A stretch of DNA of 64,000 bases, taken from Trichoplax adhaerens. Taxonomy: Eukaryota > Animalia > Placozoa. Of this stretch, positions 39,951 through 53,099 are shown in pieces. Under the pieces are notes generated by a model, which was given only the letters and a program-made list of their open reading frames with translations, was not told the DNA's origin and ran no database searches. The DNA lies in assembly GCF_000150275.1 (NCBI RefSeq), contig NW_002060961.1, forward strand, positions 1,072,600-1,136,599. Reading direction: 5' to 3'. Both the position numbers and the translations under genes were made by a program. Position 1 is the first letter of the stretch, and each line of letters starts with the position of its first letter.

Positions 39951-40549
39951 TTGTTTGATGTAGCTTATAGATATAATGAAACTAAAGTGTTGATGATCAG
40001 CAGATGCTACTGATGACTCTAGATTATAAGAACATTTCGTAATTTAAAGATATTGTTTAAAATATCTCGCGTCTGGTATTTAAAAGTATTTTATTAACTA
40101 ATGATTAATAAATTCTAGATCGATTTAGAAAAGAATGTTCTTTGTATTACCATTTTCGGAATTTTCATTCTTATATATTCTGAACTTAGCTCCTTTTAAA
40201 TGAAAGAAAATTATTCTATCACGTTACAATAAATTGTAAACAATATATAGGAAGGGTTTAGCTTTAATGTCGGTCACATGAATTTTGTAAAGTGATTTAA
40301 TACTTATAGTTTTTACTTATATAATGATCGAAAGTTTTTACTAGGGCTATTGGCAAAAAATTATTGATAATGAATATTCTGCTTTGTTATGAGTAGACAG
40401 GCAATATATTTGATATACTTCCATTTTGTGCTATATAATTCAAATTCTATTTCAGTAGAGTAAAATTATTTTATAAATCAGAAGTTTCGTAAATTTTTCA
40501 TAAAACGAAACATTTTTTAGGTAAGGTTTCAAGAAATACCTCGAATTAA

Positions 40550-41300
40550 ACCTAAATGTCAATAATAATCCAAGTGCTGTAAAATATTGGAACGAAATGA
40601 ACTACGAATAGTGCGAATAATATCAAGCAATTTATATTTAAATTTGAGCGATAATTTAAAGATTAAGTTGCTAGTAGTAAATGATTTTGCTATTAATTGT
40701 CGTAAATAGATATAATGCACGAACCATTGTTGTCTGTATTTCTAAAATACATTTTAAATACTTCCAAACTAAATTTTGATGGGCAGTATTATAAATAAAT
40801 CGTAGAACAATTAAGATTTATTTGGTTGCAATAGCATCAGTAACGTAGTATTAATTAGTAGTATCACAGAAGATTAGATTACAGTTCCCCTCTGAAAGTT
40901 ATTATTAGTTAAATATCAGCACTATACTTGTATTCTTAATCGATTTACAGTTAAATTTTAAACAATGGGTCGATTTCTAGCTATGCTATGAGGATGCAGT
41001 TATGTAACCCAGGATTTCATGTTTAGGAGCAGCCTTTACAATAGATAAAGAGTCCGTTGTGGTCAACATAAGATGTATTTGTTAGATAGTTCTAATCGCA
41101 GGAATAGACAAGATTTATGAAACAATGCTAGCTAATGAAAATTTTGAATTTACGAGAAAATGTTTACAATTGTCTCATTATAGTATCATAATTCTAATAC
41201 ATAGCGTATGCTCTGAGAAATTTTTGGAGTAATGCTTTAGCGTAGAAATGGTATTTTTGGCCTATAGGGTCATACGTCATATATAAGCCACGAAATTAGC
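40550..41300 (+). pseudogene. Possible LGR-like relic fragment
   Basis: LYLNLSDNLKIKLLVVNDF (~40632-40688) and TM2-like VLIAGIDKIY (~41088). Confidence 0.3.
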
Positions 41301-42119
41301 AGAATTAAATTTATTAGACTATTAACCGTAGCAGTACATAGGGTCTTTGTATTTTAATTTATAAATATCAAGTGAAAAAATGCACGTATAAAAGTGATTT
41401 CCGTTATTCATTTTGATGATTGATTATTTCAAGCTATAAATAGATAAGGAATAGTTAGAAATCATTGTCTAAAAGACTTCAAAAGTAATAGTTCAAAAAA
41501 TTGAATACGTTCGCTAATATTTACCGTAAACTAAGAAACTTACTCAAACAATTGATTTCTGTAACATTGAAAAATTCGTCTCAAACCTCCCTACTAGTCA
41601 TGTTATAATATAGTCAAGTAGTGCCATACTACACTGATAACAATTTTTATGATAAATTTTCAAATTCTCTCGATTAATAAATACTACTTGTGACTCCGAA
41701 ACTTTATACTCGAAAGAGATTAGCGAATAAATTATAATTATAAAAAATTTATTTCCTTTCACTCATCTGTACTTTGAAATATAATTTCTATTTCAGTTAT
41801 GAATCTCACACCGTATTGTTCATTACAAGCGGGAAAGGTAAAAGACCACGTTTTATATGGCTAATCAAGACACTAGATATTTTGTTTATCTAGTATTTAA
41901 TTATAGAGCGCTGATAAATGTCCTATCTATACAAAGCAAAAGGGTCAGAAATTTTAGCTCTTTATTATAGTTGACAAAATATAAAGTATCTACTGTTAAT
42001 TTTGAACGAATATAGGTACAGCTATCTCTACCTTAGCTATCTGTTCTGACTCACAGATTAGTATGTTACTTAATAGAAACAAAAAAAACGTTATGCCTAA
42101 TTAAATTTTCTGTTGGAAG

Positions 42120-44700
42120 ATATTTCATAGAAAAATTGTACATTGGAATGGCGTTGCTGTAGTTAGGATTCTTAGCGTTTGACTTGAAATAATCAGCGAA
42201 ATGAAACTAAACATTATCAACATTTTTGCAAGCAGATTTTCTTGAAGAATCGTATAATCAATCATTGATGTAATGCTCGATATTTTCTTGTTGCTAGCAA
42301 TCCTCATACATAATCGCAAGCTAATAATGGCTAAGGGTTGCATATCTTTAGCTTTCAACGTCAAAAATTAAAATTAATTCCCATTGGTAACGCTACACCA
42401 TTATAGAGGAAACAAGATGGCATAAAATATTATTTTGAATTCTGTTGCTATACAAAAGAGATGTTCAAAACTATTAAGACAGCAAAGCCTTTGTCTTAGA
42501 TTTTTAAAATGGAAAAGTTCTTTATGATCACGTCTCGTAATTTCATTTATGCTGCATCATAATATGTCACTAGTTGCACAATTATGCCATGAAAAATTAT
42601 GCAGTACTATATTGATTACATAATGATAAATACAAGAATTTGTGGCAAGTAAATTATTATTCTATGAAGAAAGGATCGTAAAATTTAGACTAAAATGGGA
42701 GTAGTAGGTACTTATTTAGTAATGCTTGCAATGTAAGCTGGAATTTGTTTTAATTTACTGCTGTCATGAAATTTTTTATTTCTTTCTTGTAAATAGTGCG
42801 AAACTAGGGTCCTTTATAGTTTTATTTAGTCAAATTTATAAGGTTGCTAGAGTAATTAATTAAAATGGACGAGGGCGAGTCATCATCTGGAAAGGTTGTT
42901 TATTCATTAAAATAGAAAATAGAAAAGCTGCCATATATCATAGACTGACGAATTATTCATTTATTATCAGGTAGCAAAGCTAATTGAACACACTGTACAT
43001 AGCAGTTCATTGCTTAAATGACCCACAAATGAATGGTAATACCGTGGAAAAATTTCTCCTATAGATTGTACCAAAATTCCAATAGATCAGAATAACTGTG
43101 TTATGTATAATTATAATTATCCGGCTTTATATGTGGAAAATATATGAATTATATGATACAGTACTGCATCACAAACTTTATATTTGGAAAAGATTTCAGA
43201 ATATCTGGTTATAAAAGTGTTTGTTTACGGTATTTAATTTTTTAATAAAGTTTATTCGCAATTCCATGATAAATTACGCTGAGAGAATGTTCACACTGAA
43301 TCAAGCTTACAACAATAAAATTTCTAACTGCATACTTAAGTACAATACGGTTAGAATAAATATTTTAAAAATAGATTGCAGATGGCAAATAACGATATCA
43401 GATGGCCAATCAGGCAAATTTTTATATCTGATGTCAGATTGCTAATAGATACTCTCAATTTAAATAAGAGGATGCATGCCGTCTGAAATCTGCCATTTAA
43501 ATTCTTAATAGATATGTTTTATCCTAGGCTTGACTTCCTATTATAATAGGATATTGAATCTAAAGCAATTTATTGAAGCCTAAAAGCTTAATAAATTATT
43601 TCGATAGCAGCTACAATCCAATATGATCTTAATTTATTTCATTGACTTTAATGTTTTAAAGTTCTAGTAATAGTAAATGCTTTATTATAATTTTAAATTA
43701 TTCTTTATTGACGCCAATATAGCAGGATAAATTTATTAGCTGTTGTAGCAGACATGTGGGTATCTTCGTCTGTGACTGATTTTTTTCACTTACGCAATTA
43801 TAAAACTGGATAATATATCTGATATATGAGTAACTCGTCTTATTACAATTTAAGTATTATATTAATTATTAGCAGCCAAAACATAAGTAGAAACTGATAT
43901 CATGGTCATTATAATGAAGTTGCATGAATCTTGCAATTTGATATTATAGTGCTAACATCATTTTTTGTTAGAGGTATATACATCTTTATTAATCCCTCTT
44001 TGAATTTTAGATAGAGATATTTAGCCGTAAAATCTTATATTTGCTTATAGATTCCTATTGAGATTAGATTTTCGATATCAAATTCTTATTTGGAATGTGT
44101 ATTTTGATTTACTCAAAACGTACATCATATTGGTTATTGAATTATTATTCCTTCTTTATAAGCATCAAAATCAGCAGGAAGCATCTTGTCTAAGAATTTG
44201 CGGTGCAACATGATTTAATTCTTAAATTTGAACTAAATAGGCCATTTAATTATCTTATGTGATAAGGTAATATCATACATTGAAAACACGAAATTTGTAA
44301 ATGACTGAATTTTTCGATTTGAAATTTTGAATTTACACAACTGACTGGTATATATTCGCGATTAGGGGTTTTTATTTTCTTTTAAATTGGTAATATGGTA
44401 ATCTTATTAATCGATGGTCACGGTAAATATGTAAATATGAAGAAATAGTTAAAATCAGAGGTGTCGATGGAAACTTGTAATAATTACTAGATAGTATTGA
44501 ATATACCAGGTAGCGGCGTTGAATTTTGAAGTAATTCATGATTCTCAATCGAATGTTTGCAAGCAACGGTTAACTTTATTCGAAGGCTGTTGAATTCAAC
44601 TTGATACTGCTCAAAAATTATAATCAAAATCTATGGTAAGCTAACCTATCTACGAACAGCGCTGCTAATTTGATAAAGTAATGGATTTGCAAGTAATAAT
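42120..44700 (-). pseudogene. Decayed LRR ectodomain relic
   Basis: ORF 44372-44566 (YLHIYRDHRLIRLPYYQF) and ORF 42125-42364 (RIASNKKISSI, TLRILTTATPFQC hinge-like), plus TIDFDYN and NSTAFE (~44580-44640). Confidence 0.3.
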
Positions 44701-45277
44701 CGCTATTTTCAGATTCTCATCTCGATGTAATCAAACGAGATATTAGCATTTTAGTTAAATTATAAATATGTTGTTACCCTTATAAGCAAGCAATCTACAA
44801 AATCATGACAAAATCAAAATATAGGTTCATGAGTTCTGCTTATATGTACGAGGTATCATGCTTTTCAGATTAATGTTTAAAATATTACAGCACTACGAAA
44901 ATTGTGAAATTTTTACCGTCGATTTAATCAAAACAGATAGCCAAAATAATATTTGATTCTAAGTCTTGATTTTAGAGATGAAATGGTTATGAAAACAGAA
45001 AGAAAGTGTAATTTATTTTGCTACAGTTGCAATTGAACAAGTATATTATCAAACCTTTTGAGTATTTGCTTTCATCCTGGCAAACTTAGATTGGCTTTAA
45101 TTTTTCTTTAACTTCTGTAATGGTTATTATAGTATTGATGAATTTCGCGCGTAGTAGAATTAATTCTGACCTCAGCTTTGCCAAATAAGTGATTGTTTGC
45201 CAATAGTCTATTCTCCTATTTTATCATATACTTTCGGAAACAGTTTAATTAACATTATGCTCTTATTCCAAAGAAAA

Positions 45278-46284
45278 ATGAAAATAATCATGGTGGCTTC
45301 TTTCTTGAAACAGACCGAGAATGACAGCCTGACACTTTCTTCTAAATTTACTTCTGATTTCACATACCAATTATGCTTAAATGCTAGCGTAGATCCCTTT
45401 ATAGTACAAAATAGCATCGCTTATGCTATCATAGCTATGATAATTCTATTAGTCAATGCCAATGTGTTGATGCAATACACATACGAAAGGTGGCATGCTT
45501 CAAGAGATCCTATAACTGCGTGTTCACTGAGCATATTTATATCCGGTACATTGTTCGCTCTCCTGTATTTATTGCCTTATTTTTTTTTGGTACTTCTTGG
45601 ATAAGTTTTGATGCTGCAACTTGCAAGATTATTCATCTAACTGGTAATGGTCTCATTATGTCCATTCATCTTACTCTATTTTTACAATGGATTATTACTT
45701 ACTTTTACCGAGATCATCCAATAGGCTGACAAGATATTGTTGCTAAAAAGCGGGTAGCCTTTACCTTATTTACTATTTGGTTAATTTGCTTTAGTACATA
45801 CTTTCCAATATTGAACATGAGTACTTCAGTACTAGAACAGAGCTTCTTCATGCAGTTAAATCACCCAATTTTGACTGATCTTTCTATCATTGTATCATTC
45901 ATTTGCTCTCTGATAATTTTGGTATCTTATCGGCTTGCTGAATATCTTCGTCATTCTGGTCTTGGTTGCGTGAACTTATATGGAAGAGATAGTATTTGGA
46001 ATACATTACTAAGGATTACCTTAAGAGCTCTTTTCAGACGTCCTGGTTTGGCTATCAGCAATTACATTTTGCTTTGGTTACCGTACATAATGATGATATT
46101 GGTAACATTCAGCTATCCTACGAGAAATACTCGTACGTTGGCAATAAAAAGTTTTTGTAGATATTTGGCGTTTTCTTATCCTATAGCTTATTCAATAACT
46201 TATCCTGCTTGTCATATAAGGGTTTTCAAAAAGATTTATAGATTTTTAATGAGTGATGCCCATAATAGTCTACCACAAGAGTAA
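45278..46284 (+). pseudogene. Class A GPCR pseudogene, paralog of the 24.8, 50.2 and 62.5 kb receptors
   Basis: SGTLFALLYLLP, HLTL, LLWLPY and YLAFSYP match the paralogs. Lesions: 1-nt frameshift in the T9 run (45580-45588), the DRY-equivalent TMDYY displaced to another frame (~45685-45700), and an in-frame TGA at 45727-45729. Confidence 0.85.
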
Positions 46285-46849
46285 ATTTATAACTGAAGAT
46301 TGCAATTGGTAGACTACAATTTGAAATGTCGAAATATTTTAGTTACAGAAGTATTGGTTGAAATTTTACAGCTGAAATTAGTTTAGATTAATTATTTGAC
46401 ATGTTTTTGGAAACAACAGTTTTAACAGCTGACTGTGGTCTTAGACTGTTGCTGATATTGGGTGAAGCATGACTTAGAGAAAGACTACAAACCAGTTTTG
46501 ATTAAGGCTATCAGGGTTATAAAAACCGTAAATTCTTTTTTCAACAATGATGTTGTCATGGTAGTATGTTACTAATCAACTGATTGTATTTACTGATTAG
46601 TTAATGATGCATACTTGTTGAATGGTCCAGATAAGATTATACACTATGTTTGATGTATCGTTTTGCTGGGCTTATAGTTAATACTACGCTAGTAGATTTG
46701 TGATATAAAATGCAAACTATCGCCGGTTAATTTACTGTAAATTGAAAGGTATGCTAAGCTCTTATAATTAATTGAGCTGCATATGGTCGGAATTCACTTC
46801 AGGATTCTATTTGATTGCGTGTATTATAAAATAAAAGTTGCAATTGCTT

Positions 46850-48700
46850 AATTTAAGAAGTGTACAGGAATCGTAGTGCGAGAAAAATTATCTGTGGATT
46901 ACAGCCGAGAAATTGAGTTCTCATGCATCGCTCACTTATTAGCGACTGAAAATACTAGTATACCGAATTATTATACTTCCACCAGAGTTTCTTGCAAATC
47001 TATGCCATAAATGACAAGAGCGAGAAACGCTATCGCGTATAATATGTAGCTCAAGCTATGAAAATGCCAGCGAATTGTACATCTATTTGGAATCTGATGA
47101 TGGACTAAAGGTACAGTACTGTATGAATTCCTTGATGGAATCTGTTCCAATATGAAATCTTAAGAGTTATAAAATAAGTCGATATAGCACAGGAAATGTT
47201 CTGGCTCTTAGGAATAAATCATACTATTATGACTTATGTACTATAATCTACGATTATCATTAAAAGCTAGCAAAAAGCTTTAAATTTATGGATTTCTACT
47301 TGATCCGAAGGATAACGGTCTCAGAATTACAGATACCCGATATCAACTAGAAGAACAACATGCGCGTAGTTATGATTACTAACTTACGGTGCAGCATCTA
47401 TGTGCGGATTTAGTTTCTAATTTAAGAATATCTGCTATCAACATCAAAGACTGTAACAAAGTAATGGTTACAAAATGTAAGTAAAGCATTGTGCACGGAT
47501 TCATTAGTTTTAATATAGTGGTATTTCCAGGACTTAAAGCTGACACCGCCGACTTTCGAGATCTTGGATTAACAGTAGTAAATGCTTGAAGCCCAACACG
47601 ACAGCATGATTGCATGTCAATTGTGATTAAATTTTTAGAAATGTCAGCTTTTGTAACTGCAAACTTTAAGCATTAAGTATTAAAATCGAGTGGTGAAACT
47701 AAGAGAAAATAGCGATTAATCAATAATCCATATGTAAAGTAGCAATTTCTGCTATGTTATTTAATATAATTATTTGCATTTTGATCAGCCTTCAGAAAGT
47801 AGTAAAGTTAGCTGCTAAGTTTTATGAAACGGTGTATGGCCGAGCAAAATTTGTTAATAATCGAAATAAAATTACAAATTTCCCCTAGAAAGTATTCTAT
47901 GCGCAGATCAAAGTAAAAATAGTATAGCAAATATTTTATTAAATATTTATAATCTTCCAAGGTTAGATTTACGATAGGCAGTTAATGAAAGTTAAATAGA
48001 AAGCATTTGATTCTATCTATAATGCTCGCTTAACGGATCCGATAAGGAGATTTTAGCTTTTAAAATTATGATTAGTACACAAAAGCTTGCTAAAAGCTTT
48101 AAAAGAGATAGGGTGGGCACTATCAAAGGGTTAATCATGGTAAATCATGCAATTATATCATGAGTAGAAAATGATTCGACTCGATATTTTCACATCATTA
48201 CTTAGACCATGATATTTCAATAGTCTGACTGGATTAACTGTAAAGTACAAATTCTAAAATCTTAATAGATTGATAGGTTATACTGTATTCCAAGATTTAT
48301 AATTGTGCAAATCATTTCTAATTTAAAGACACGATCGTTGATTTTGCCATATTCTTTCCGCGATTTGATTGATGAAATATTAAGAAATAATTCTTAGTTT
48401 ATTTCTATTACTAGTACGTAAAATCCGGCAATAAGCTGTAAAGAGGTCAAGAAAATTTATGGACAGCATTGAAGGAGATTTAATTGTCCTCTAGTCTTGC
48501 TGATCTTTTTAGATCATGTTGAAATCACATGATCAATACGTAAATTGAAAATAATATGAACTTTTTCACATTGACCGAAATTCTTTAGACTATGACACAT
48601 TGATAGCTTATAGGTTAATTTAATATCGAAAAAAGTATATCTCCTATCATTGTTTTAAGTAGCTTGGAAAATAATTCTACTCTACGAGCATGTACATCAT
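46850..48700 (-). pseudogene. Decayed LGR-like relic
   Basis: Hinge-like LKLETKSAHRCC (ORF 47379-47615), then CNSETVILRI (~47320) and TM3-like CT/FAGIFIA (~47070). The upstream LRR extent is uncertain. Confidence 0.35.
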
Positions 48701-50188
48701 TACCATTATTACCATTTAATGTGGCAGATTAAATTATTGAATTATATATTCTTATTACTTTCAGACCTTATTCATCATAGTTATGCTATCTGTTATAGTT
48801 AAACTTTACAGATCCTTTCGATTATAAACAGTGACGATTTGCCAATATATAATTATATGTCTATCTCACCCTCTACCTGAACGGCTTTTACTAGCCGTAA
48901 GAAAACAATATCTTTTAGCAGTTGATATCAAAGGTAATTAAATCATTAAAAAGTTTAAAAAAAGAGAATTCTAAAAGTCAATCTTCAGCTTTATGACTTA
49001 TCTTTTAACAACCTTTGCAATCTAATAATGATGCTGTATGATATTTCTTTTCTAATCTCAATCTTATGCTAGATTATATTTATCGTGAAAGATAATTTTC
49101 GATCACATACTAACATTGTACATACTTATGAAGCTTAATCTCATTAATTCTGCTTTATTACTATATTTTATTTCGTGGAATTTTATTATATGACTTAGTT
49201 AGGCCTAGTACAAAATTAGATCAGAGAAAACCTTTTCGCCAGATCTCTCACCAATTTAGTAGAAGGGGCTAAGTTATATTGTTATCATCGTACAAAAAAT
49301 TAAGGTATATTTCTGAGTTAAATCAACTTTAAATATTTCTTTAATGTCTACGGTATATTATAATAAGAAAACGTTACCAATTCGATGGGACTGCCTTAGG
49401 TAATACAATTATTTAATTCTACTCTGTCAACCCAGACGACTTTTTGTAAACCTAATGATATCAGAAAATCGGCCAGCAATTTTTGATGCATGAATTAATT
49501 TTTACGGATATTTTGTTATAGCAGTAGATTTTCACTATCATTTTAATGTAGCTCATAAAATATTTGATTTCTACGTTATATTTATGCTTACGTATGCATT
49601 AAAGTTTGTTTTACCGTATATATTAGATATTATCGAAGAGGAGTATTAGTTTCTAGTGCAGGAAATTTAACATTTTTACTCTATCTTTAGGAATTGCCAC
49701 AGTATCAATTAATAAATAAACTGTCTGCAGTTTATTTGAGAAAATTATTGAATCAAATAGTAGATCAAACTTAATATTTATACGAAGTATTAATGTAGTA
49801 AATAAGGTGTTTCTAGTCCTGACAGTCTTTGCATTGTTTCCTAAGATTCAATATACCTGTAATGGTTATGATTACTTTAGATTTTGCTAAGCTTGCATTA
49901 TTTTTAAGAAAGAGTGCTACGGGTACTGAATTGGTCGTAGTTGCAGAATATTTCGAATTTGAGTTAATGTTGGAGCTTCAAGTGATTGCGCATAAAAGTT
50001 TCAAATTTTTTCTACAGTAGCACAGATTTTTCAGTTGCAAATATCGCTGTTCAGTCTTTACTAAGCAACCTCTAGATATTATTACATTAATAATAAACGA
50101 TTTCTGCATTTTATTTATGATATACATATATAGGAAAGCTGAAGAAAGCTGTCAAAATCAGATAGCGTATCGACTATAAATTACCGCC

Positions 50189-51274
50189 ATGGATAAATCA
50201 GTAACCACCCAACAAACAGAAAGTTTAACCGCGGACTATTTATCCAATCTCATCAACATTTATTTAAAATTGAATGTAGTTATTTATGTATTCATTTTTT
50301 GCCTTACGATAGCAACGAACTTATGTATGTTGTCGCTAATTATCTTTAAAAAAAAATTTCATTGTAAATCCGGTTGGATGAAGGCTAGCATGTTCTTTAC
50401 TGGTATTTTGTTTGCTCTGCTGTACTTGCTGCCTTGCAGAGTCCTTGGAACTTATTGGGTTAACAATGCTTTTATCTGCACAATCCTGAGACTAGCTGGT
50501 CCTGCCTTAATTATCTCATTTAATTTTCATTGGACTATCATTAACGTTGATCGTTACTTTTATTATTTCTATCCGCAATATTATTATGGATATCGTGCTA
50601 ATATTATAGTAGTTTTATCCGTTGCTGCTATTTGGCTAATTAGTTTACTTTGCGTCGTTATCCCACTTTACACTTTTATGTATCCATTAAATGAAGAATG
50701 CATCAACCTATATCCTTCTCGCTTTTTATCCCATTTTGTGTATATTCTTATTGTATTTGGTTTATTCTTTTTGGTTCCCCTAATCATTGTACTGCTCCTT
50801 TTTTCTTATATCTTATGTAAAATAAATCACCGCAACCTAAGACAACAAATGATTCCATCGGGTGATGCACAGACTGCCATTTTTATGAGAAGAATCAATA
50901 CTAAGGTTGTTAAACATATGGCCATCATGGTTGGCTTATTTATTATCTTCTGGTTGCCATATATTATTTTATCACTAATGAATACCTCAGGATCTTCATT
51001 TTCTATGACAGTAGCAGCTATTTTAAGCCAATACTTTGCATTTTCTTATCCAGCAGTGAATCCAATACTTTATGCTTGTTTAACGGCGCATTATCGCGGT
51101 GAAATTCATCGATTATTATTAAAAAGAACTGCTTTATTTATCGTAAAGCCTAGGTATCTGCCTAAATGGAATCAAATACATTTAGTATCTATCCGTAGGA
51201 GGCAAACGGTACGTAATAAAAGAATATTAAAGGGTAAATTCGCTTATAATATTCGTCGATATGCCTGGTCATAA
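50189..51274 (+). CDS. Class A GPCR, divergent orphan subfamily, single coding exon, 361 aa
   Basis: 7TM with ATN (TM1), SMFFTGILFALLYLLP (TM2), NVDRY, FWLP and AFSYPAVNPILY. Strong Kozak context ACCGCCATGG. Probable 5'-UTR intron acceptor near 50132. Confidence 0.92.
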   Translation: MDKSVTTQQTESLTADYLSNLINIYLKLNVVIYVFIFCLTIATNLCMLSLIIFKKKFHCKSGWMKASMFFTGILFALLYLLPCRVLGTYWVNNAFICTILRLAGPALIISFNFHWTIINVDRYFYYFYPQYYYGYRANIIVVLSVAAIWLISLLCVVIPLYTFMYPLNEECINLYPSRFLSHFVYILIVFGLFFLVPLIIVLLLFSYILCKINHRNLRQQMIPSGDAQTAIFMRRINTKVVKHMAIMVGLFIIFWLPYIILSLMNTSGSSFSMTVAAILSQYFAFSYPAVNPILYACLTAHYRGEIHRLLLKRTALFIVKPRYLPKWNQIHLVSIRRRQTVRNKRILKGKFAYNIRRYAWS

Positions 51275-53099
51275 TATTTCCTAGTTATACATAGATATTA
51301 CTCCGAATATAACGATAATATTACGCGCTATTTCTTAATTTCTTCGCCTGTTTTATGGATTATAGAAGGCAGTACATTAATGTCACGGTACGAAATACCG
51401 TGAAGAAATAGATATCTAAATTTGGTTAAAATATAATATAGTGATATTATATTACAACTAGTTACTTACAATAGGAATTACTCTAATTATAAATATGTTT
51501 CAGTAAATTTAATGCTGTGCTGTAATGTGCACTGAAATGATTCTGTGGATGGACATATTGTAGTCCGACTGTGAAAAATAAGTTAGATAGATGTTCTCAC
51601 CTAAGTATTTTTAAAGATAACTCGTGAATGTTAGCTGCTGTAGAAGGGTATATAAGCCCGTCAGATAGTTGAATAAAGTAGTTCTCAATTGTCTAGTTGA
51701 GTTTAACGTAGAAGCAAAGGCGTCTAAATTCTTGTGAGGCAGTAAAGGGATATTTAATCCCGGAGACTATAGTAATTTAGAGATTTGTTTTACGTTATCC
51801 TTGTCACGAAGCTGGTTTGTGACAATTAATAAAAACTCATTCGGTTGAGTTATAATTTTTAGCTATATCATATTGGTATCATAGCTAACTTTGTAAAAAG
51901 TAACATAATAGTTTTAACTCTTACATTATAGTATCACTACTCTACATTGGAATATGGTCATGAATGATATTACCTACTTAAAATATATTGCCTATTTTAA
52001 TACGATTAGTTTATCCAATTTGCCGTAACAAAAGCTAACGGAAATACGCGACCGTAATCGTACAGATAGTCAGCTGTTTTGTAAATCTGTTTATAAAATG
52101 ATTAAAATGAAATTGAATTTTACACCTTTGTTAAAAATTTGATTTTTGCACTTGCTAACAAATTGGCAATAAATAATTAATTATGAATAAAATATATCAA
52201 TCGCCATTCTTGTGCTCTTCATTCTCATCTTTTATTCGGTAGTTCTATTTAATGCACGGATTAGAATTATTTAAATTATGAAATACAGTGCTAATTCGTG
52301 ATTTGTGATAAACATTTCGTAATACTATAAAATAATAGAGATCTATTATCGACTAACTCTTCAATACGTGGAAAATATCATTGCTATTGTTTTCCGTAGT
52401 ACGTTTCCGAGAATTCATAGAGCACTTAGTGTGCTATAATACTTGCACATTTTCTTGATTGATTTTAGAAAACAGTCATTAAGACAAATCTTTATGTAAT
52501 ATCTAGTACAGTACATAATCAATGTATATCGCATGCATTATAATTTGCTGACATGAATACAAAATCTTTTGACACGAATAGCTGCATATCAAGGCAAAGT
52601 TACAAATTCAAATTTTTATTCAAAAAGAGCTATGTGATATTATCAAAGTTAAAATAGTGGTCATATCGTTGCTAATAACTGGGATTACATAGAGAGAAAA
52701 TTGTATTTTGTTTATGAAAAACAAGTTAAAAAATTAAACGTCTTCCTAATGAATATTATTGACAAAGAGAACTTATTATATACTTGTTATTGTGCTAATA
52801 ACCGTTAATAGTGATGCTTTTTATGAGAATCAATATAGCCCAATTCCTTATGTCCTGTATAGAATTTAAATTGACATGAAATATGTATATTCGCTTCCGG
52901 TATACCTGAAAATCATATTACTTTCGTTAACTTCTGAAATAATCATGGAAATCCTGCTAGTTTAAGCTAGTAAGAAGCAATATGGGTGCTGCTTTAGCAC
53001 ACATCTAAAATATAGTAGAAGTGTCAGATTAAAATATCGTTATTAGTTATATCTTAATATCAAAGGTATTTCTGAATTTTCGGCTTCATTCTTTTAATT

